NCBI GenBank assembly: GCA_013416795.1
Contig: RQSC01001135.1
Span: forward strand, 27,312 to 91,311
Length of the DNA: 64,000 nt
From: Prasinococcaceae sp. CCMP 1430
Lineage: Eukaryota; Plantae; Prasinodermophyta
Direction: 5' to 3'
Below, in pieces: positions 29,802 through 41,810 of this stretch. Numbering within the stretch: position 1 is the stretch's first letter; every line of letters starts with the position of its first letter. Made by a program: the position numbers and the translations under genes. The notes beneath the pieces were generated by a model. It had not been told where the DNA came from and searched no databases. It saw only the letters and a list, made by a program, of their open reading frames with translations.

Positions 29802-31753
29802 ATGGCGTCGTCTTCGCACCCCTGGGAGGGCCTCTTCCGGCTGGCGGACGCGGTGCGCGCGCGCGCGGGCGCGCCCCCCCCACCCCCCCCCCGCCTTTTT
29901 CGCTCCCCTCTCGCATCGTGCGGCGGGTGTGCGGCAGCGCCGCGCGCGGCCGCTCCTCTTTTGCCGCCGCGCTGACCCCCCCTCCCCCAACAACAACAAC
30001 AACCAACAACAACAACGCACGCACCGCCTCCGATCTGCCGTAGGATGGCGACGGCAGGGTGAGCGGCGGCGAGGCGGTGGCGTTCCTGCGCCGCAGCGGC
30101 CTGTCCCAGCAGGCGCTCGCGTCGGTGTGGACGTTCGCGGACGAGGACGAGGTGGGCTTCCTCACGCCCCGGCAGTTCTACGCCGCGCTGCGGCTGATCG
30201 GGCTGGCGCAGAGCCTGAAGGGGGTGGCGCTCACCGCGCCGATGGCCCGCCCCGTCATTGCGGAGTCGGTGGAGGCCCCCGCGCCGACGCTCGAGGGCGT
30301 GGAGGTGCCGCCGCTGCGCTCCGAGACCGAATGGGCGCTGCGCGCGGAGCAGATGGAGCAGTACTCCGCGCTCTTCGCCAGCCTCGACGACGACGGCGAC
30401 GGGAGGGTGAGCGGCGCGGAGATGGTGCCGATCATGACCCGCTGGGGCCTCCCGCAGACCGTCAACCGCCAGGTCTGGGACCTCGCCGACGGCGATGCGG
30501 ACGGATACCTCGACGAGCACGGGGTGTGCGTCGCTCTGTGCTTGCTCGAGGGCGCCAAGCGAGGCCGCGAGCTCCCCGCGTCGCTGCCCGCGTCGCTCGC
30601 GGAGCCCGGCGCCGCCGCCGCCGCGGCCGCCGGGGCGCCGCAGGGGGGTGCGGCCCCGCGGCCGCCGCGACCTTCGGGGGGCTTCGCGTTCGGCCAGGAG
30701 GCGGCCCGCGACGCCGCGTTCGACCCGCACTCCAGAAAAGAGACGACGACGACACTCTCGGGCGACGGCGTCGGCTTCGGCGCCCCCTCTTCCAGCCCAC
30801 CCCCGGCGACGTTCGGGGCGGACTTCGGAGGCGGCGAGGCGCCAAAGCAGCAGCAGCAAGAGCAAGAGCAAGAGCAAGAGCAAGAGCGGCAGGCGCGCCC
30901 GCCGGCGCCCGCCGACGCCTTCACCGACGCCCCGACGACCGACCTCGCCCCCCAAAACGACGCGCCTCCCCCTTCCTCGGCGGCCGCCGTCGCCGCGGGA
31001 GACGCCGGCGTCGCGGCGGCGGAGAGGGAGCTCGAGGCGCTCAGGGCGGACGCCAAGGGCGCAGCCGCCGCCGCGAACGGAGGAGGGGGCGCCGAGGCGG
31101 TCGGCGCGCGCATCCGGGCGCTCGCCGCCCAGCTGGACGAGCTGCACAACATGCTCGGCCTGGGCAGGCTCGCCCAGGTGCCGCGCCCGCAGCACCCCCT
31201 GTTCGACAGCCCGGCCTTCTCGCTGAAGCTCTCGGCAGCGGGGGCCGGCGCGGCACCAAGCGCGGGCGCCCGGCCCCCCGCGGCGGCGCCCCCGGCTGCC
31301 GGCGCCGAGCTGGGTGCCGCGCCCCCCAACCCCTCCCCCCCACATGGCGTCGACGTCGACGCCTTCGCGTCCCTGTCGTTGGGCGATTCGTTCGGGAGGC
31401 TCGGCGCCGCGCCGCCGACGAGCGCGGGGGCGCCGTGGAGCTCGGGCGCCTCCTCGGGAGACGGCGGCGAGCAGCCGCCGCCCTCGAACGCCTCCTCCGC
31501 CGATGCGCCCCCCACGTCGTCCGGCCCCGCGTCCTTCGGCGCTGGCAGGCCGCTGGCAGTCTCCTCGTCGTTCGGCGACCCGGGCGCGCCCCTCGACGAC
31601 GACGCCTTCGGCGCCATCGACGCCCCGCCTCCGCCCGCGCCTGCGGGCGGGGGCGCGCAGCAGCAGGCGGCGGCGTCCGACGCCTTCAGCGCCTTCGACG
31701 ACGCCTTCGGCAGCGCGCAGGCCGACAAGACCGGCGACATCGTGGCGTTCTGA
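29802..31753 (+). CDS. Eps15-like protein with two EH domains
   Basis: Exons 29802-29852 and 30044-31753. LFRLADADGDGRVSGGEAVAFLRRSGL...VW, a second EH FASLDDDGDGRVSGAEM...WGLPQ..NRQVWDLAD, and DAF repeats. Confidence 0.85.
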
Positions 31754-31985
31754 CGGGCCGGCGGCGCGGGCGTGTACCAGTAAACTTAGGAGGAAAGACA
31801 CATTTTTGCTAAAACACCCCACGAGCAAGTGGCGCGCGCTCCTCGCCCGCCGCGCCCGCGGCGAAGGCGGGGGCGCGCTCGCGAGCGACGCGCGCGCGCG
31901 CCATCGGTCGAGGTCCGTGCCGTCGGGGGGCTGATTACAATGGCGCGAGCTGCCGGGCGGCGGCCTCGCTCGCTGGAGCGCCTCG

Positions 31986-34900
31986 CTAGTCGATCTTGAG
32001 GGCGCCGTAGATGCGGCGCACGAAGGCGTAGCACGCGTAGAAGCCGATGGTGCCCGTCACCACGAAGAACAGGATGCTCACCACGCCCATGTAGCCGAAG
32101 TACAGGATGCCGCTGGGCGTCTTCGAGATGTCCAGCTTGGTGTAGTAGTAGAAGATGGAGTACAGGAACAGGTAGAGCGCCGAGGAGCCGCTCGTGAAGA
32201 AGCTCCTCCACCACCAGTTGTAGTCCTCCGCGCACAGCTGGAAGTAGCACAGCACCACCGAGATCTCCGCGCACGTGATGGCGAGGATGATGCCCACCAG
32301 GAGGACGAAGCCGAACGCGTAGAAGAACTGGTGGAGCCAGATCGACGTGAGGATGAAGAAGAGCTCGATGAAGACGGCGCCGAAGGGCAGCACGCCGCCG
32401 ATCAGGACGGAGAGCGCCGGGTGCATGTACCAGGCCTGCTCGGGGATGAGGCGAGGGATCATCTTGGTGCGCACGGGGTCCTCCGACGCCGGCGCCTTGT
32501 AGCCGAAGTAGGAGCCGATGAAGACCAGCGGCACGCTGATGCCGAACCACAGGAAGAGGATCGCGAAGAGCGTGCCGAAGGGCACCGCGCCGCTGCTCCT
32601 CTGCCCCCAGATGACCGCGTTGAGGACCACGAAGACCGCGAACACGCCGCCCGGCAGCAGGAAGGCCGTCTTGAGGGTGTTCGTCTTCCACGCGGTGCCC
32701 TTGAACTGCTTGAACAGGCGCGCCGAGCAATAGCCGGCGAACAGCCCCATGAACACGAAGAGCAGGAGCATGGCGGTCATGAGGCCGCCGCGGTTGGCCG
32801 GGCTCAGGAAGCCCAGGACCGCGAACATCACGGTCACCACGGACATGGCGCACAGCTGCACGCCGCAGCCGCAGAGCACCGAGAGCATGCCGGGCGCCGC
32901 CGGCGGGCGGAAGACGTCGCCGTGCACGAGCTTCCAGCCGGTCTCCTCCTGCGCCTCCTCCGCCGTCTCGAGCTGGTTGTACTTCGAGATGTCGCGGTGC
33001 AGCGTGCGGAGCATGATCATGCCCACCATGCCGCTGAGGAAGAGCACGATCATGAGCGAGTTGATGATGGAGAACCAGTGGATCTGATCGTCGGTCATCA
33101 GCAGGTACGTGTCCCAGCGGCTCGCCCACCTGATGTCCGAGAGGCGGAAGAGCACGTCGTACGTGAAGGTGACCTCCTCGCCCGCCTTGATCGCCTGCGG
33201 CGCGCCCTCGTGCGTCACGAGCACGTTGCTCGCCGGGTCGCACGTCGAGAGCCCGCCGTCCTTCGCCTTGTGCTGCACGGAGAACGGCTCCACCTCGAAG
33301 CCAACGATGCGGCTGAGGTCCGTCTCGACGTCCTTGTGGTACAGGACGGTGAAGCGCAGGTGGTTGTGCAGGTACGCCGTCTCCGCGCCGCCCCCATCGC
33401 CGGCGACGAAGCCCACCGGATAGCCGCGCTCGTACGTCTTGATGGACTCGCCCGTGTCCTCGCGCGCCCTCATCTTCACCATCGCCACCGGCAGGTTGTC
33501 CAAGATCATGTTGACGCGGTAGTCGTCGCTCACCTGGAGTCGTCGCGCGCGCGAGGGTCAGCACAGTCGCGCCGCCGCCGCACACGACCGCGCGCTCTCT
33601 CGCGCGCGCGGCGTCGTCGGCGCCGGCGGCGGGCTCGGCGCCGCCGCAGCTGCAGCTGGACAAGGCGGTGCTCTCGCGCTCCGAGGTGCGCCGGCGCGCC
33701 AACTGGCCCGAGCGCCAGGCCGTCCTGCAGCGGCCCGCCAGCCCGCCGGGCCAGGCCGCCAGCCTGTGGCTCGCGCAGGCCGAGATCGCCACGCACCACA
33801 AGCGCGCGACGCCGCTGTGGGCGCGGAGCAGCGTGCAGTTCCTGGTGATGGACACGCACCAGCAGCACGCCTCTGGCAGGTCTCACAACGGCGGCTCCGA
33901 CGGCGGCGGCAGCGAGGTGGAGGCCGAGATCGAGCACGCGCAGGCGCGGCGCGTGGAGGTGCGCCGCGGCACCCTGGTGCCGCTGTACGCCAACCAGCAC
34001 GAGGCGGAGGACGGCTGCGCGCTGCACCCGCCGTCGTGGCTGCCCACGGCCTCGGCGGCGGCCGCCGCCGCCGCCGCGGCGGCGGCGGCGTACCACGGGG
34101 ACCCCTTCCAGAGCCGTCAGCCCAGCGCGCCCCCCCACAGGATGCTCTGCGAGGGCGACAGCAGCTGCTCCGTGTCGGAGGACAGGGACGGCGACCGCGA
34201 CATGCGGGACGTGGACGGCGGCGGGGGGCGGGTTTTGGGGGGGGGAGAGGGGGGGGGCGCCGACTGGGCGGCGGGCGCGATGATGGACGCCGACGAGCGC
34301 GCGTACGGCGCCTCGCCCGCGTCCTTCGAGAGCGCGTTCGCGATGGCGCCGCCCCCCGTGGCCCTGCCGGCCGAGGCGCCGATCGGCGGGCTCGGAGGAG
34401 GGGAGGGAGGCGGGAGGGGCGGCGGCGCGATCGACGTGGCCGTCCACCTCGGGGAGCCCCCGTCAGGGCGGTCGGGGGGGCAGGGGGAGGCGGCGGGCGG
34501 GGCGGTCCAGGACGCCTGGGACGACGCCGGCGCGTCGTCGATGCTGGAGGACCACGACGACGGGGCGGCGGCCGAGCGCCAGGAGGAGGCGGAGGAGATG
34601 TCGGACCTGACCGAGGTCGCCGGTGCGATGGGAGGGGCAGTGGTGGGAGACGTCGCGCCGGCGCCCCCGGCGGCGGAGGGGGGCGAGGCGGCGGCGGAGG
34701 AAGCGCCGCCGCTTGGGGCGGCGGCCATGGGGCCGCGCCGTGGCAGCAGGGGCATGATCACGCGCGAGGCCGAGATCCGGCGGCGCGCCGAGTCCGGGTC
34801 CGGGTCCGGCGAGGGCGACAGCAGCAGCGAGAGGAGGAGTTCGAGCAGCGGAAGCCTGAGGAGTCGCGGCAGCGACGGCATCGCGTCCGTCACGGACGGC

Positions 34901-35997
34901 TGGGACCTGGAGGTCCCGCTGGCGGGCATGAAGCAGGCGTGAAGAGCAGCACCATGTCCGTAGACGAAAGCCTTGTGCGCGTCTCCTTGTTTCCCTGTGC
35001 ACTCGTCGTCATAAAAGTTTTTTGCCGTTTCTTTAAAAAAAAAAAAGAGGGAGAGGGACGGGGGACAGAAAGAATGGTGTACAGCCGCAGCCACGCGCGC
35101 GGCGGCGCCTCGCGAGCTCGCGAGCTCATCGCCCGTGGTTCGGGTGCGTGCTGCGGGCGGCGAAGGCCGCGTGCGTCACAAGCACGAGGAGGACCACGAA
35201 GAGCACCGCGCACGCCGCCGCGTTGGCCTTCCCCCACTTGACGTCGCGCGGACCCTCCGGGCGAAACGCGCTGCACACCGTGTGCGGCAGCGGGCAGATG
35301 TACAGCATGCCCAGCAGCCACAGCGGCGGGCAGATGAAGCCCGAAAAGAACAGCAGCATCGCGATGGACATGCGCTCGGGCGAGTTTTTGCTGGGCAGCG
35401 CATCCGGCACGTTCACCTCGATCGTACCACCCTCGGCGCTCACGGGCGGGTACACATACTCCTCGCCGATCTCCACCGACTCGGACATGCCCGCGCCGTC
35501 CGCGCCGCCGCCGCCCGCGCCGTCCTGCGAGCCGCCGATGGAGGACCCAGAGCCGACCGGCAGCAGGGCCTGCTTGGCCGCGTCAGTCTCAGTTTGCTGC
35601 CCCATGCACGCCCCCGGGCCGCCGCCGCCGCCGCGGCCGCCATGGCAGCAAAACCAGACTGAACCCTAAACACCTTACCTAAATTATGCAGCGGGCGCGC
35701 GTCGGCGGGCGCGCGGCCTCGGAGCCCGCGCACGAGCTCGCAGCGCACCTTCTCCGAAAACTCCTTCGCGGACTTCTCGTCCAGCGAGACCTTGCACAGC
35801 GTCTTGCACTGTTCGTCATGCCTGATTTCGATCTGGTAGAGCGAGTTCTCGATCCTGTCACCGCGTAGCACCTCGCCCAGGTTCTCCGCGCTGTTCACGA
35901 TCGGATCAGGCTGGCAGTACGGCAGGGAGTAGTACTCGTACGGCAGCTGCGTCTTCGTCGACGACAGCTTGTTCACCTTCAGGCCGACGACATCACC
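31986..35997 (-). CDS. Transmembrane 9 superfamily (EMP70/TMN) protein; first exon lost in the N gap
   Basis: Exon 35997-35749 (KVNKLSSTKTQLPYEYYSLPYC...LGEVLRGDRIENS) joins exon 33533-31986 in phase 0 to give EKVSDDYRVNMILDNLP. IHWFSIINS, ETGWKLVHGDVFRPP and C-terminal KID are present. Confidence 0.92.
33611..34942 (+). CDS. BCAS3-domain ATG18-like protein, C-terminal part only
   Basis: EVRRRANWPERQ, WLAQAEIATHHKRATPLWARSSVQFLVM and EIEHAQARRVEVRRGTLVPL resemble plant ATG18f/g/h BCAS3 regions. No WD40 part and no start codon upstream. Confidence 0.6.
   Translation, partial: ASSAPAAGSAPPQLQLDKAVLSRSEVRRRANWPERQAVLQRPASPPGQAASLWLAQAEIATHHKRATPLWARSSVQFLVMDTHQQHASGRSHNGGSDGGGSEVEAEIEHAQARRVEVRRGTLVPLYANQHEAEDGCALHPPSWLPTASAAAAAAAAAAAAYHGDPFQSRQPSAPPHRMLCEGDSSCSVSEDRDGDRDMRDVDGGGGRVLGGGEGGGADWAAGAMMDADERAYGASPASFESAFAMAPPPVALPAEAPIGGLGGGEGGGRGGGAIDVAVHLGEPPSGRSGGQGEAAGGAVQDAWDDAGASSMLEDHDDGAAAERQEEAEEMSDLTEVAGAMGGAVVGDVAPAPPAAEGGEAAAEEAPPLGAAAMGPRRGSRGMITREAEIRRRAESGSGSGEGDSSSERRSSSSGSLRSRGSDGIASVTDGWDLEVPLAGMKQA
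35126..35605 (-). CDS. Small two-TM membrane protein
   Basis: Complete 159 aa ORF with TM segments IAMLLFFSGFICPPLWLLGMLYI and AACAVLFVVLLVLV; AT-rich TTTAGGG-containing segment upstream (35650-35690). Confidence 0.65.
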   Translation of the reverse strand: MGQQTETDAAKQALLPVGSGSSIGGSQDGAGGGGADGAGMSESVEIGEEYVYPPVSAEGGTIEVNVPDALPSKNSPERMSIAMLLFFSGFICPPLWLLGMLYICPLPHTVCSAFRPEGPRDVKWGKANAAACAVLFVVLLVLVTHAAFAARSTHPNHGR

Positions 35998-36188
35998 CTG
36001 CAGCCGCGCGGCGGCGGCGCGAGCGAGCGCAGGCAGCGGCGGGGTCAGACGCCTTTCCGACCCTACAGGCGCCACCGCCGCGCGATGGCGTCGGCAGGGT
36101 GTCGCGCGGCCTCGCGGCGGCGGCGGCGGGGGCGCGCGCAACAGGGCCCCTGGCGCTCAAACGCCCTCCTCACTCGCCTCCCTGCGCG

Positions 36189-36957
36189 NNNNNNNNNNNN
36201 NNNNNNNNNNNNNNNNNNNNNNNNNNNNNNNNNNNNNNNNNNNNNNNNNNNNNNNNNNNNNNNNNNNNNNNNNNNNNNNNNNNNNNNNNNNNNNNNNNNN
36301 NNNNNNNNNNNNNNNNNNNNNNNNNNNNNNNNNNNNNNNNNNNNNNNNNNNNNNNNNNNNNNNNNNNNNNNNNNNNNNNNNNNNNNNNNNNNNNNNNNNN
36401 NNNNNNNNNNNNNNNNNNNNNNNNNNNNNNNNNNNNNNNNNNNNNNNNNNNNNNNNNNNNNNNNNNNNNNNNNNNNNNNNNNNNNNNNNNNNNNNNNNNN
36501 NNNNNNNNNNNNNNNNNNNNNNNNNNNNNNNNNNNNNNNNNNNNNNNNNNNNNNNNNNNNNNNNNNNNNNNNNNNNNNNNNNNNNNNNNNNNNNNNNNNN
36601 NNNNNNNNNNNNNNNNNNNNNNNNNNNNNNNNNNNNNNNNNNNNNNNNNNNNNNNNNNNNNNNNNNNNNNNNNNNNNNNNNNNNNNNNNNNNNNNNNNNN
36701 NNNNNNNNNNNNNNNNNNNNNNNNNNNNNNNNNNNNNNNNNNNNNNNNNNNNNNNNNNNNNNNNNNNNNNNNNNNNNNNNNNNNNNNNNNNNNNNNNNNN
36801 NNNNNNNNNNNNNNNNNNNNNNNNNNNNNNNNNNNNNNNNNNNNNNNNNNNNNNNNNNNNNNNNNNNNNNNNNNNNNNNNNNNNNNNNNNNNNNNNNNNN
36901 NNNNNNNNNNNNNNNNNNNNNNNNNNNNNNNNNNNNNNNNNNNNNNNNNNNNNNNNN
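36189..36957. other. Assembly gap (769 N)
   Basis: Run of n. Confidence 1.
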
Positions 36958-37098
36958 CCCCCCTCCCGCGCCGCAGCGCCACAGCGCGCGCGCGCGCGCG
37001 CGCGCGCAGGGGGTGGGGTGGGGTGGTTCGGGTTGGGAGGAGGGGGGGGGGGAGGGGTCGTCGCAAGGAAGGTCGGGCGGCCGCGCCGCCTTCGAACC

Positions 37099-39726
37099 AT
37101 GTGGCAGGCGCTGTTTGGGGGCGGCAGTGGCGGCGGCGGCGGCGGCGGCGGGCGCCAGGCGCCCGCACCGCGCGTGCTGTCGCTCAGCGAGCTGGAGCGC
37201 CTGCATGGCCAGCTCGCGCGGACGACGATGGTCACCGAGGCGAACCGCGACGCCGTGGTGGAGGTGCTGCGCGCCATCGCGGAGGTGATGATCTGGGGCG
37301 ACCAGAACGAACCGGAGGTGTTCGACTTCTTCTTGGAGGCGCAGACGCTCTCGCACTGCGTGCGGCTGCTGGGCGCGTCCACCTCGCGCCAGACGTCGGT
37401 GGCAGTGCAGATGCTGCAGACGATGTCCATCATGATCCAGAACATCCGCCGCGACACGTCCGTGTACTACCTGTTCTCGAACAACCACATCAACAGGCTG
37501 ATTGCCTACGACTTCGACTTCGCCAACGAGGAGCTCCTCGCGTTCTACATCTCCTTCCTAAAGACGGTGTCGCTCAGGCTCAACGAGGGCACGGTGCAGT
37601 TCTTCTTCCAGGGCCACACGGACCCGCCCTCGTTCCCTCTGTACACGCTGGCCACCCGCTTCGTCGACCACCCGGAGAGCATGGTGCGGATCGCCGTGCG
37701 CACCGTCACGCTGAACGTGTACGCGGTGCCGGACGAGGCCACCCGCGCGTTCGTGGTGGAGGACGCGAAAAACTACTTCCCCGCGGTGATTGGCGCGATG
37801 CTGAGGAGGTGCCTCGCGCACGACGCCCCGGGCGTGGGCCACGGCGCGCTGGAGACGGCCAATGCCGAGGCGTGCGACATGCTCTCGTACGTGTCGGACG
37901 TGCTCGCCCTCGAAGCCCCGGGGCTCACCGGTGCCGTGCTGCAGCACTTCGACCAGGGGCTGGTGGAGCCGCTGCTGCTGGGCTCCCTGTTGGTCGGCCC
38001 CGACGCCCGCGCGGGAGAGCACGACGACGTCTCTCTTCAGAAGGGCACCGCGCTGCACCTGATTGGCAGAGTCATGGAGATCGTCACGCACGCGGCGCTC
38101 GTCAATGGCCTGGTCTGCAGGCTGCTCGCGCCGGCCGGTCAGTGCCAGCCCGTCGAAGAGTCCGCGGAGAGCGGCGCGGGTGGCGAGGGCGCTGCCGGGG
38201 TGGCGCCCCCGACGGGCGGCGCCGCGGAACCGCCGCAGCACGGGGGGGGAGCAGATGGGAGGAACCAGCTGCGCTCTGCACTGTTGGAAGCGCTCAAGTG
38301 CGGCGACGGGCGCTCGGCGCTGGCGGCGCTGCAGTGCCTGGCAGCCATCGTGCGCAGCGAGACGCCCAGTACGGCCATTCTCGAGCGCGTGGGCTTGCTG
38401 CCGGCGAGCAGGGTGAAGAAACAGAGGCTATTGGAAGCGCTTGTCCGTGATGACGACGCGGATGGCGCCGGCGGGCAGGACAGCGGAGGGTCGGACGGTG
38501 GCTCCCAGGCTTGCGCCGACACGGGGGCGCAGGCGTCCCCCCAGCAGCTCGAGGTGCTGGCTGCCATCCTCGCACGGCTCGAAGGCGACATGCGTGTCAA
38601 TGACGCCGCGCTCGTAGAACGCAGGAGGCAGCTGGCCTGCTGGCTGCTGTTGCAGCTGGCGCCCCAGCCTGCGGCGTGCCAGGGCGCAGCGGACGGTGTG
38701 AACGACTCCGCCATGGCGCTCGAGTCGACCGCTCTTGAGAGGCTGTCATTGTTCGCCGGAGGCGTGTGGTGCGACATGTTACCGCACCTCCTTGACGAGG
38801 AGTGGGCGGCGCTGCGCAAGGCCGTGTGCGGAGGCCGGCCTCCGCGGCAGGCGATGGAGTTTGTAGGTAGCGCGGTCGCCCCCAGCGTACGGACGAGCTC
38901 CAGCAGGGACGGCTCCAAATCGAGCGCGCGGAGCGCGCACGACCTCTTTACCGCCGCGGGCGCGTTCATGGCGGCGAGGATCGCGAGTTTGGCGCTGCGC
39001 GGCATGCCGCTCCCCAACGCTCTTGTGAGCGAGGCTGAGGCTGGGTCAGCCGCCCTTGATGCGGCCGCTGCATTCGAGCGCCTCGGCAGCGAAATGGACG
39101 ATCTGAGCGGCGTGCACGCGTGCGTCGGCAACGTGCCCGTCAGCGAGGGCGCGGTCATCCGCCTCGAGGGCGCTGACGCGCTCCCATGCCGCGTGGCGTT
39201 TGAGCGTGGGCGCGAGCACGCCGTCTTTCTGGTGCTAACAACCAACCGATCGGTGAGCACTTCGGTCTCGGACTCTCAGGGGAGTGCCAGTAGCGGCACC
39301 GTCCGCGGTGGGCCCATGAGTGGCAGGGGCGTGGGTGCGCTACTGCTCGTGGAGCGCAGCGTGGACGCGGAAGACATGGGCGTGGTGCGCGCCGTGGCGC
39401 ACTTGGCGGGCACTCGAGCGGAGCGTGACGAAAACCACCCGTGCTGGCTCCACATTTGTGTTCGGTCGCCGCTGCCGCCGCGTGCAAGCGCCGTGTCGGC
39501 GCTGACGAGCTCGAAACGCGCGGTGCGCCACGTGACGGACGGCAAGTGGACGCTCGCCTTCCGCGACGAGCACTCGTGCGCCGCGGCACAGGCGTTCGCG
39601 GCCTTCGCGACCGCTCAGCTACGCGAGACCTGCCGCGCCGCGCTAGCCGTGCGCGTTGGCACGGCAGGTGGGGCGCCCCCCCCCCCGCCGAACGAGGACA
39701 CCGCGGCGTCGATGGAGACCAAGTAA
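37099..39726 (+). CDS. TT9: CLEC16A/TRANSPARENT TESTA 9 (GFS9) FPL-domain protein
   Basis: VVEVLRAIAEVMIWGDQNEPEVFDFFLE, QMLQTMSIMIQNI, YYLFSNNHIN, YISFLKTVSLRLN, HPESMVRIAVRTVTLNVY. Confidence 0.9.
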   Translation: MWQALFGGGSGGGGGGGGRQAPAPRVLSLSELERLHGQLARTTMVTEANRDAVVEVLRAIAEVMIWGDQNEPEVFDFFLEAQTLSHCVRLLGASTSRQTSVAVQMLQTMSIMIQNIRRDTSVYYLFSNNHINRLIAYDFDFANEELLAFYISFLKTVSLRLNEGTVQFFFQGHTDPPSFPLYTLATRFVDHPESMVRIAVRTVTLNVYAVPDEATRAFVVEDAKNYFPAVIGAMLRRCLAHDAPGVGHGALETANAEACDMLSYVSDVLALEAPGLTGAVLQHFDQGLVEPLLLGSLLVGPDARAGEHDDVSLQKGTALHLIGRVMEIVTHAALVNGLVCRLLAPAGQCQPVEESAESGAGGEGAAGVAPPTGGAAEPPQHGGGADGRNQLRSALLEALKCGDGRSALAALQCLAAIVRSETPSTAILERVGLLPASRVKKQRLLEALVRDDDADGAGGQDSGGSDGGSQACADTGAQASPQQLEVLAAILARLEGDMRVNDAALVERRRQLACWLLLQLAPQPAACQGAADGVNDSAMALESTALERLSLFAGGVWCDMLPHLLDEEWAALRKAVCGGRPPRQAMEFVGSAVAPSVRTSSSRDGSKSSARSAHDLFTAAGAFMAARIASLALRGMPLPNALVSEAEAGSAALDAAAAFERLGSEMDDLSGVHACVGNVPVSEGAVIRLEGADALPCRVAFERGREHAVFLVLTTNRSVSTSVSDSQGSASSGTVRGGPMSGRGVGALLLVERSVDAEDMGVVRAVAHLAGTRAERDENHPCWLHICVRSPLPPRASAVSALTSSKRAVRHVTDGKWTLAFRDEHSCAAAQAFAAFATAQLRETCRAALAVRVGTAGGAPPPPPNEDTAASMETK

Positions 39727-39849
39727 TCAGTCAAGGCACAGAGCACGTGCACACATATTAAAATAATTAGTTCCTCTTCAGCGGGTCGGTGCGCGGCGCA
39801 GCGGGTTGCTGTAGGGCGGCGCACGGAGGGCGCACGGAAGGCGCGGCGC

Positions 39850-40926
39850 TCACTGGCTCCCAATGTCCAAGTCATCTTCTTCTGCTCGTACCGGCAGTTT
39901 GAACTCGAGCGAGACGTCCGGCGTGTACGCGCTCGCGCCGAGGGCGTCGCTACCTCCGTACGCCCCCGCGTCCGCGTAGTACTGACACCCGATCACCATG
40001 TACTGCCGCTGGCCGGCGATGGCGGCGATCGTGCGCGCCGGCGCCGTCAGCTGGCAGCACAGCGCCTGCGCGAGATGCTTTTGGTCGACGACCGCCTTGT
40101 CGAGAAGGCCCTCGGCTTCGGCTTTTCGCATTCGCGACGCCGGACCCTCTCTTTGCGCCCCGGCGCCCTCGGTCGGCGCAGTGGCGCACTCGCCGTTCTC
40201 TTCGCCCGTGCCATCGCCAGCAGTCACCCCGAGCACTTGCAGCTGCGAGAACTCGACACCCACGCTCGAGCCAACCTCTCCTCCAGCACCTCGCACGAAG
40301 AGGCGGCCACCGCGCGAGATGCCCACGGCGACGTGCGACGACAGCGCTTTGAGCTTGTCCACTACGACGGCCACGCGCCCCACGCTGTCCGGGAGCACGA
40401 GGTACGTGCGCACAGGCGCCGTGCGCGCCAGCCTGTCAAGCTCCATGAGGTCGCTCGGGGGTAGCGGCTCGCCGACCGGGACATCCTGCGTGATGAGCAC
40501 GCGCCCCGGCTGGCCAGTGCGCTCATCCGCCATACGCCTGGCGACGAACGAAAGGTACGGGATGCCCTTCGCGCCCGCATCTGCGCCGGGAGGCTTCTTG
40601 CGCGTCAGCTTCACGTAGACATCCCCCACCTCGAACGCGAAGATGCGCTTGATCGACTGCAACGCCCGCTGCAACAGCGTGACGTCCGCAGGGAATGCGA
40701 TGCGGTCCTTCTCGATGCTCTTCACCTTGTACTCTGCGAACATGACGCGCGTCGCAAACGACGCAGTCACGCGCACGGCGTCGCACGTGAAGTAGTTCTG
40801 CGTGAGCACGAGCTTCGTAGGCGTCAGGTACACCACGCAGTCTTTGTCCACCTTGGACAGCGCGGGCAGGAAGTGGCCGTGCAGCGCCGCGAGGCCGCCG
40901 TCGAGCAGCCTCGCCTTGAACTTCAT
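39850..40926 (-). CDS. HUS1: HUS1 checkpoint clamp (9-1-1) subunit
   Basis: MKFKA start, EYKVKS...IAF..DVTLLQRAL, VKLTRK, PYLSF, ITQDVPV: the HUS1 pattern. Confidence 0.8.
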   Translation of the reverse strand: MKFKARLLDGGLAALHGHFLPALSKVDKDCVVYLTPTKLVLTQNYFTCDAVRVTASFATRVMFAEYKVKSIEKDRIAFPADVTLLQRALQSIKRIFAFEVGDVYVKLTRKKPPGADAGAKGIPYLSFVARRMADERTGQPGRVLITQDVPVGEPLPPSDLMELDRLARTAPVRTYLVLPDSVGRVAVVVDKLKALSSHVAVGISRGGRLFVRGAGGEVGSSVGVEFSQLQVLGVTAGDGTGEENGECATAPTEGAGAQREGPASRMRKAEAEGLLDKAVVDQKHLAQALCCQLTAPARTIAAIAGQRQYMVIGCQYYADAGAYGGSDALGASAYTPDVSLEFKLPVRAEEDDLDIGSQ

Positions 40927-41810
40927 CGCACGCGCGGGAGGGAATGGGGGGGGGCGGGGAGGAGGAGGGGCAGCGCCGGCGTCACGCGGCTTTCTCGCCC
41001 TGCGTCCGGCACCGCCCCTCCCCGCCCCTCGGCGCGCCGCACTGCAGCTCCGCCTCCCCGCCTCGAGCGCCCGCGCCGCCGCGGGGCGCGCCGCGAGAGA
41101 GGTATGTGATGTTTGCCGTCTTCGTATTCTCCTGGATGCGCCGGGAGCGCGCGCGCGCGCGCGAATCGACGGACGCGAAATGGCTCCGCTCCGAGCTCCC
41201 ATCGGCAGTTGCATGCGCAGCGCTCTTTGGCACTCTGATTGAGAAGAAACCAAACCCCTCTCTTCCCTTGATGAGGATGGCACAGTCCTCCCAGCCTCTG
41301 CCGTTTCTCGTTGTCGTTCTTTTGTGTCGTGTGTTCATGTTCAGGCGCGCGACGGTGCGCGCTCGTGCGTGGCGCGCGATCCGCTCTGGGGTCCGAGCGG
41401 ATCGCGCGGGTGCGGGGGCCGCAGCGGACGCCGCGGCACGTGCGTTTTGACCTGGCGATGAGTCAATAATAAACCCTTCATACACCCTAAAAGGACCATT
41501 TCGACGCGGCGAAAGACTGACTTTGAACCTGCCTGCCACGGCAGAGCCCACCAAACCTAAACCACGGGAAAGGGGAACGTGCCCACAGACACGGACACGG
41601 ACGGCGTGGCACACACCGCGCTCCTCTGTAAAACGCATGCATTTTGATGGCGATGCGTGCGTTTTTGATGGCGCGATCCTGACGCCGCGCGCGCGCGCGC
41701 GCTCGCGCGCGGGCGCTGGCGCTGCTCGTCGGCGCCACACCCTGCGCCTCTGGCGCGCTCATGCGCGGCGAGCGGGCGGGCATCGCCGGCGCGCGGCGCG
41801 CGGCGCGAGC

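Noticed and set aside
36189-36957. N run and single Ns (7568, 19360, 25667, 27803, 29770, 47409) as features
   Set aside because: These are assembly gaps; they matter only as warnings about adjacency.
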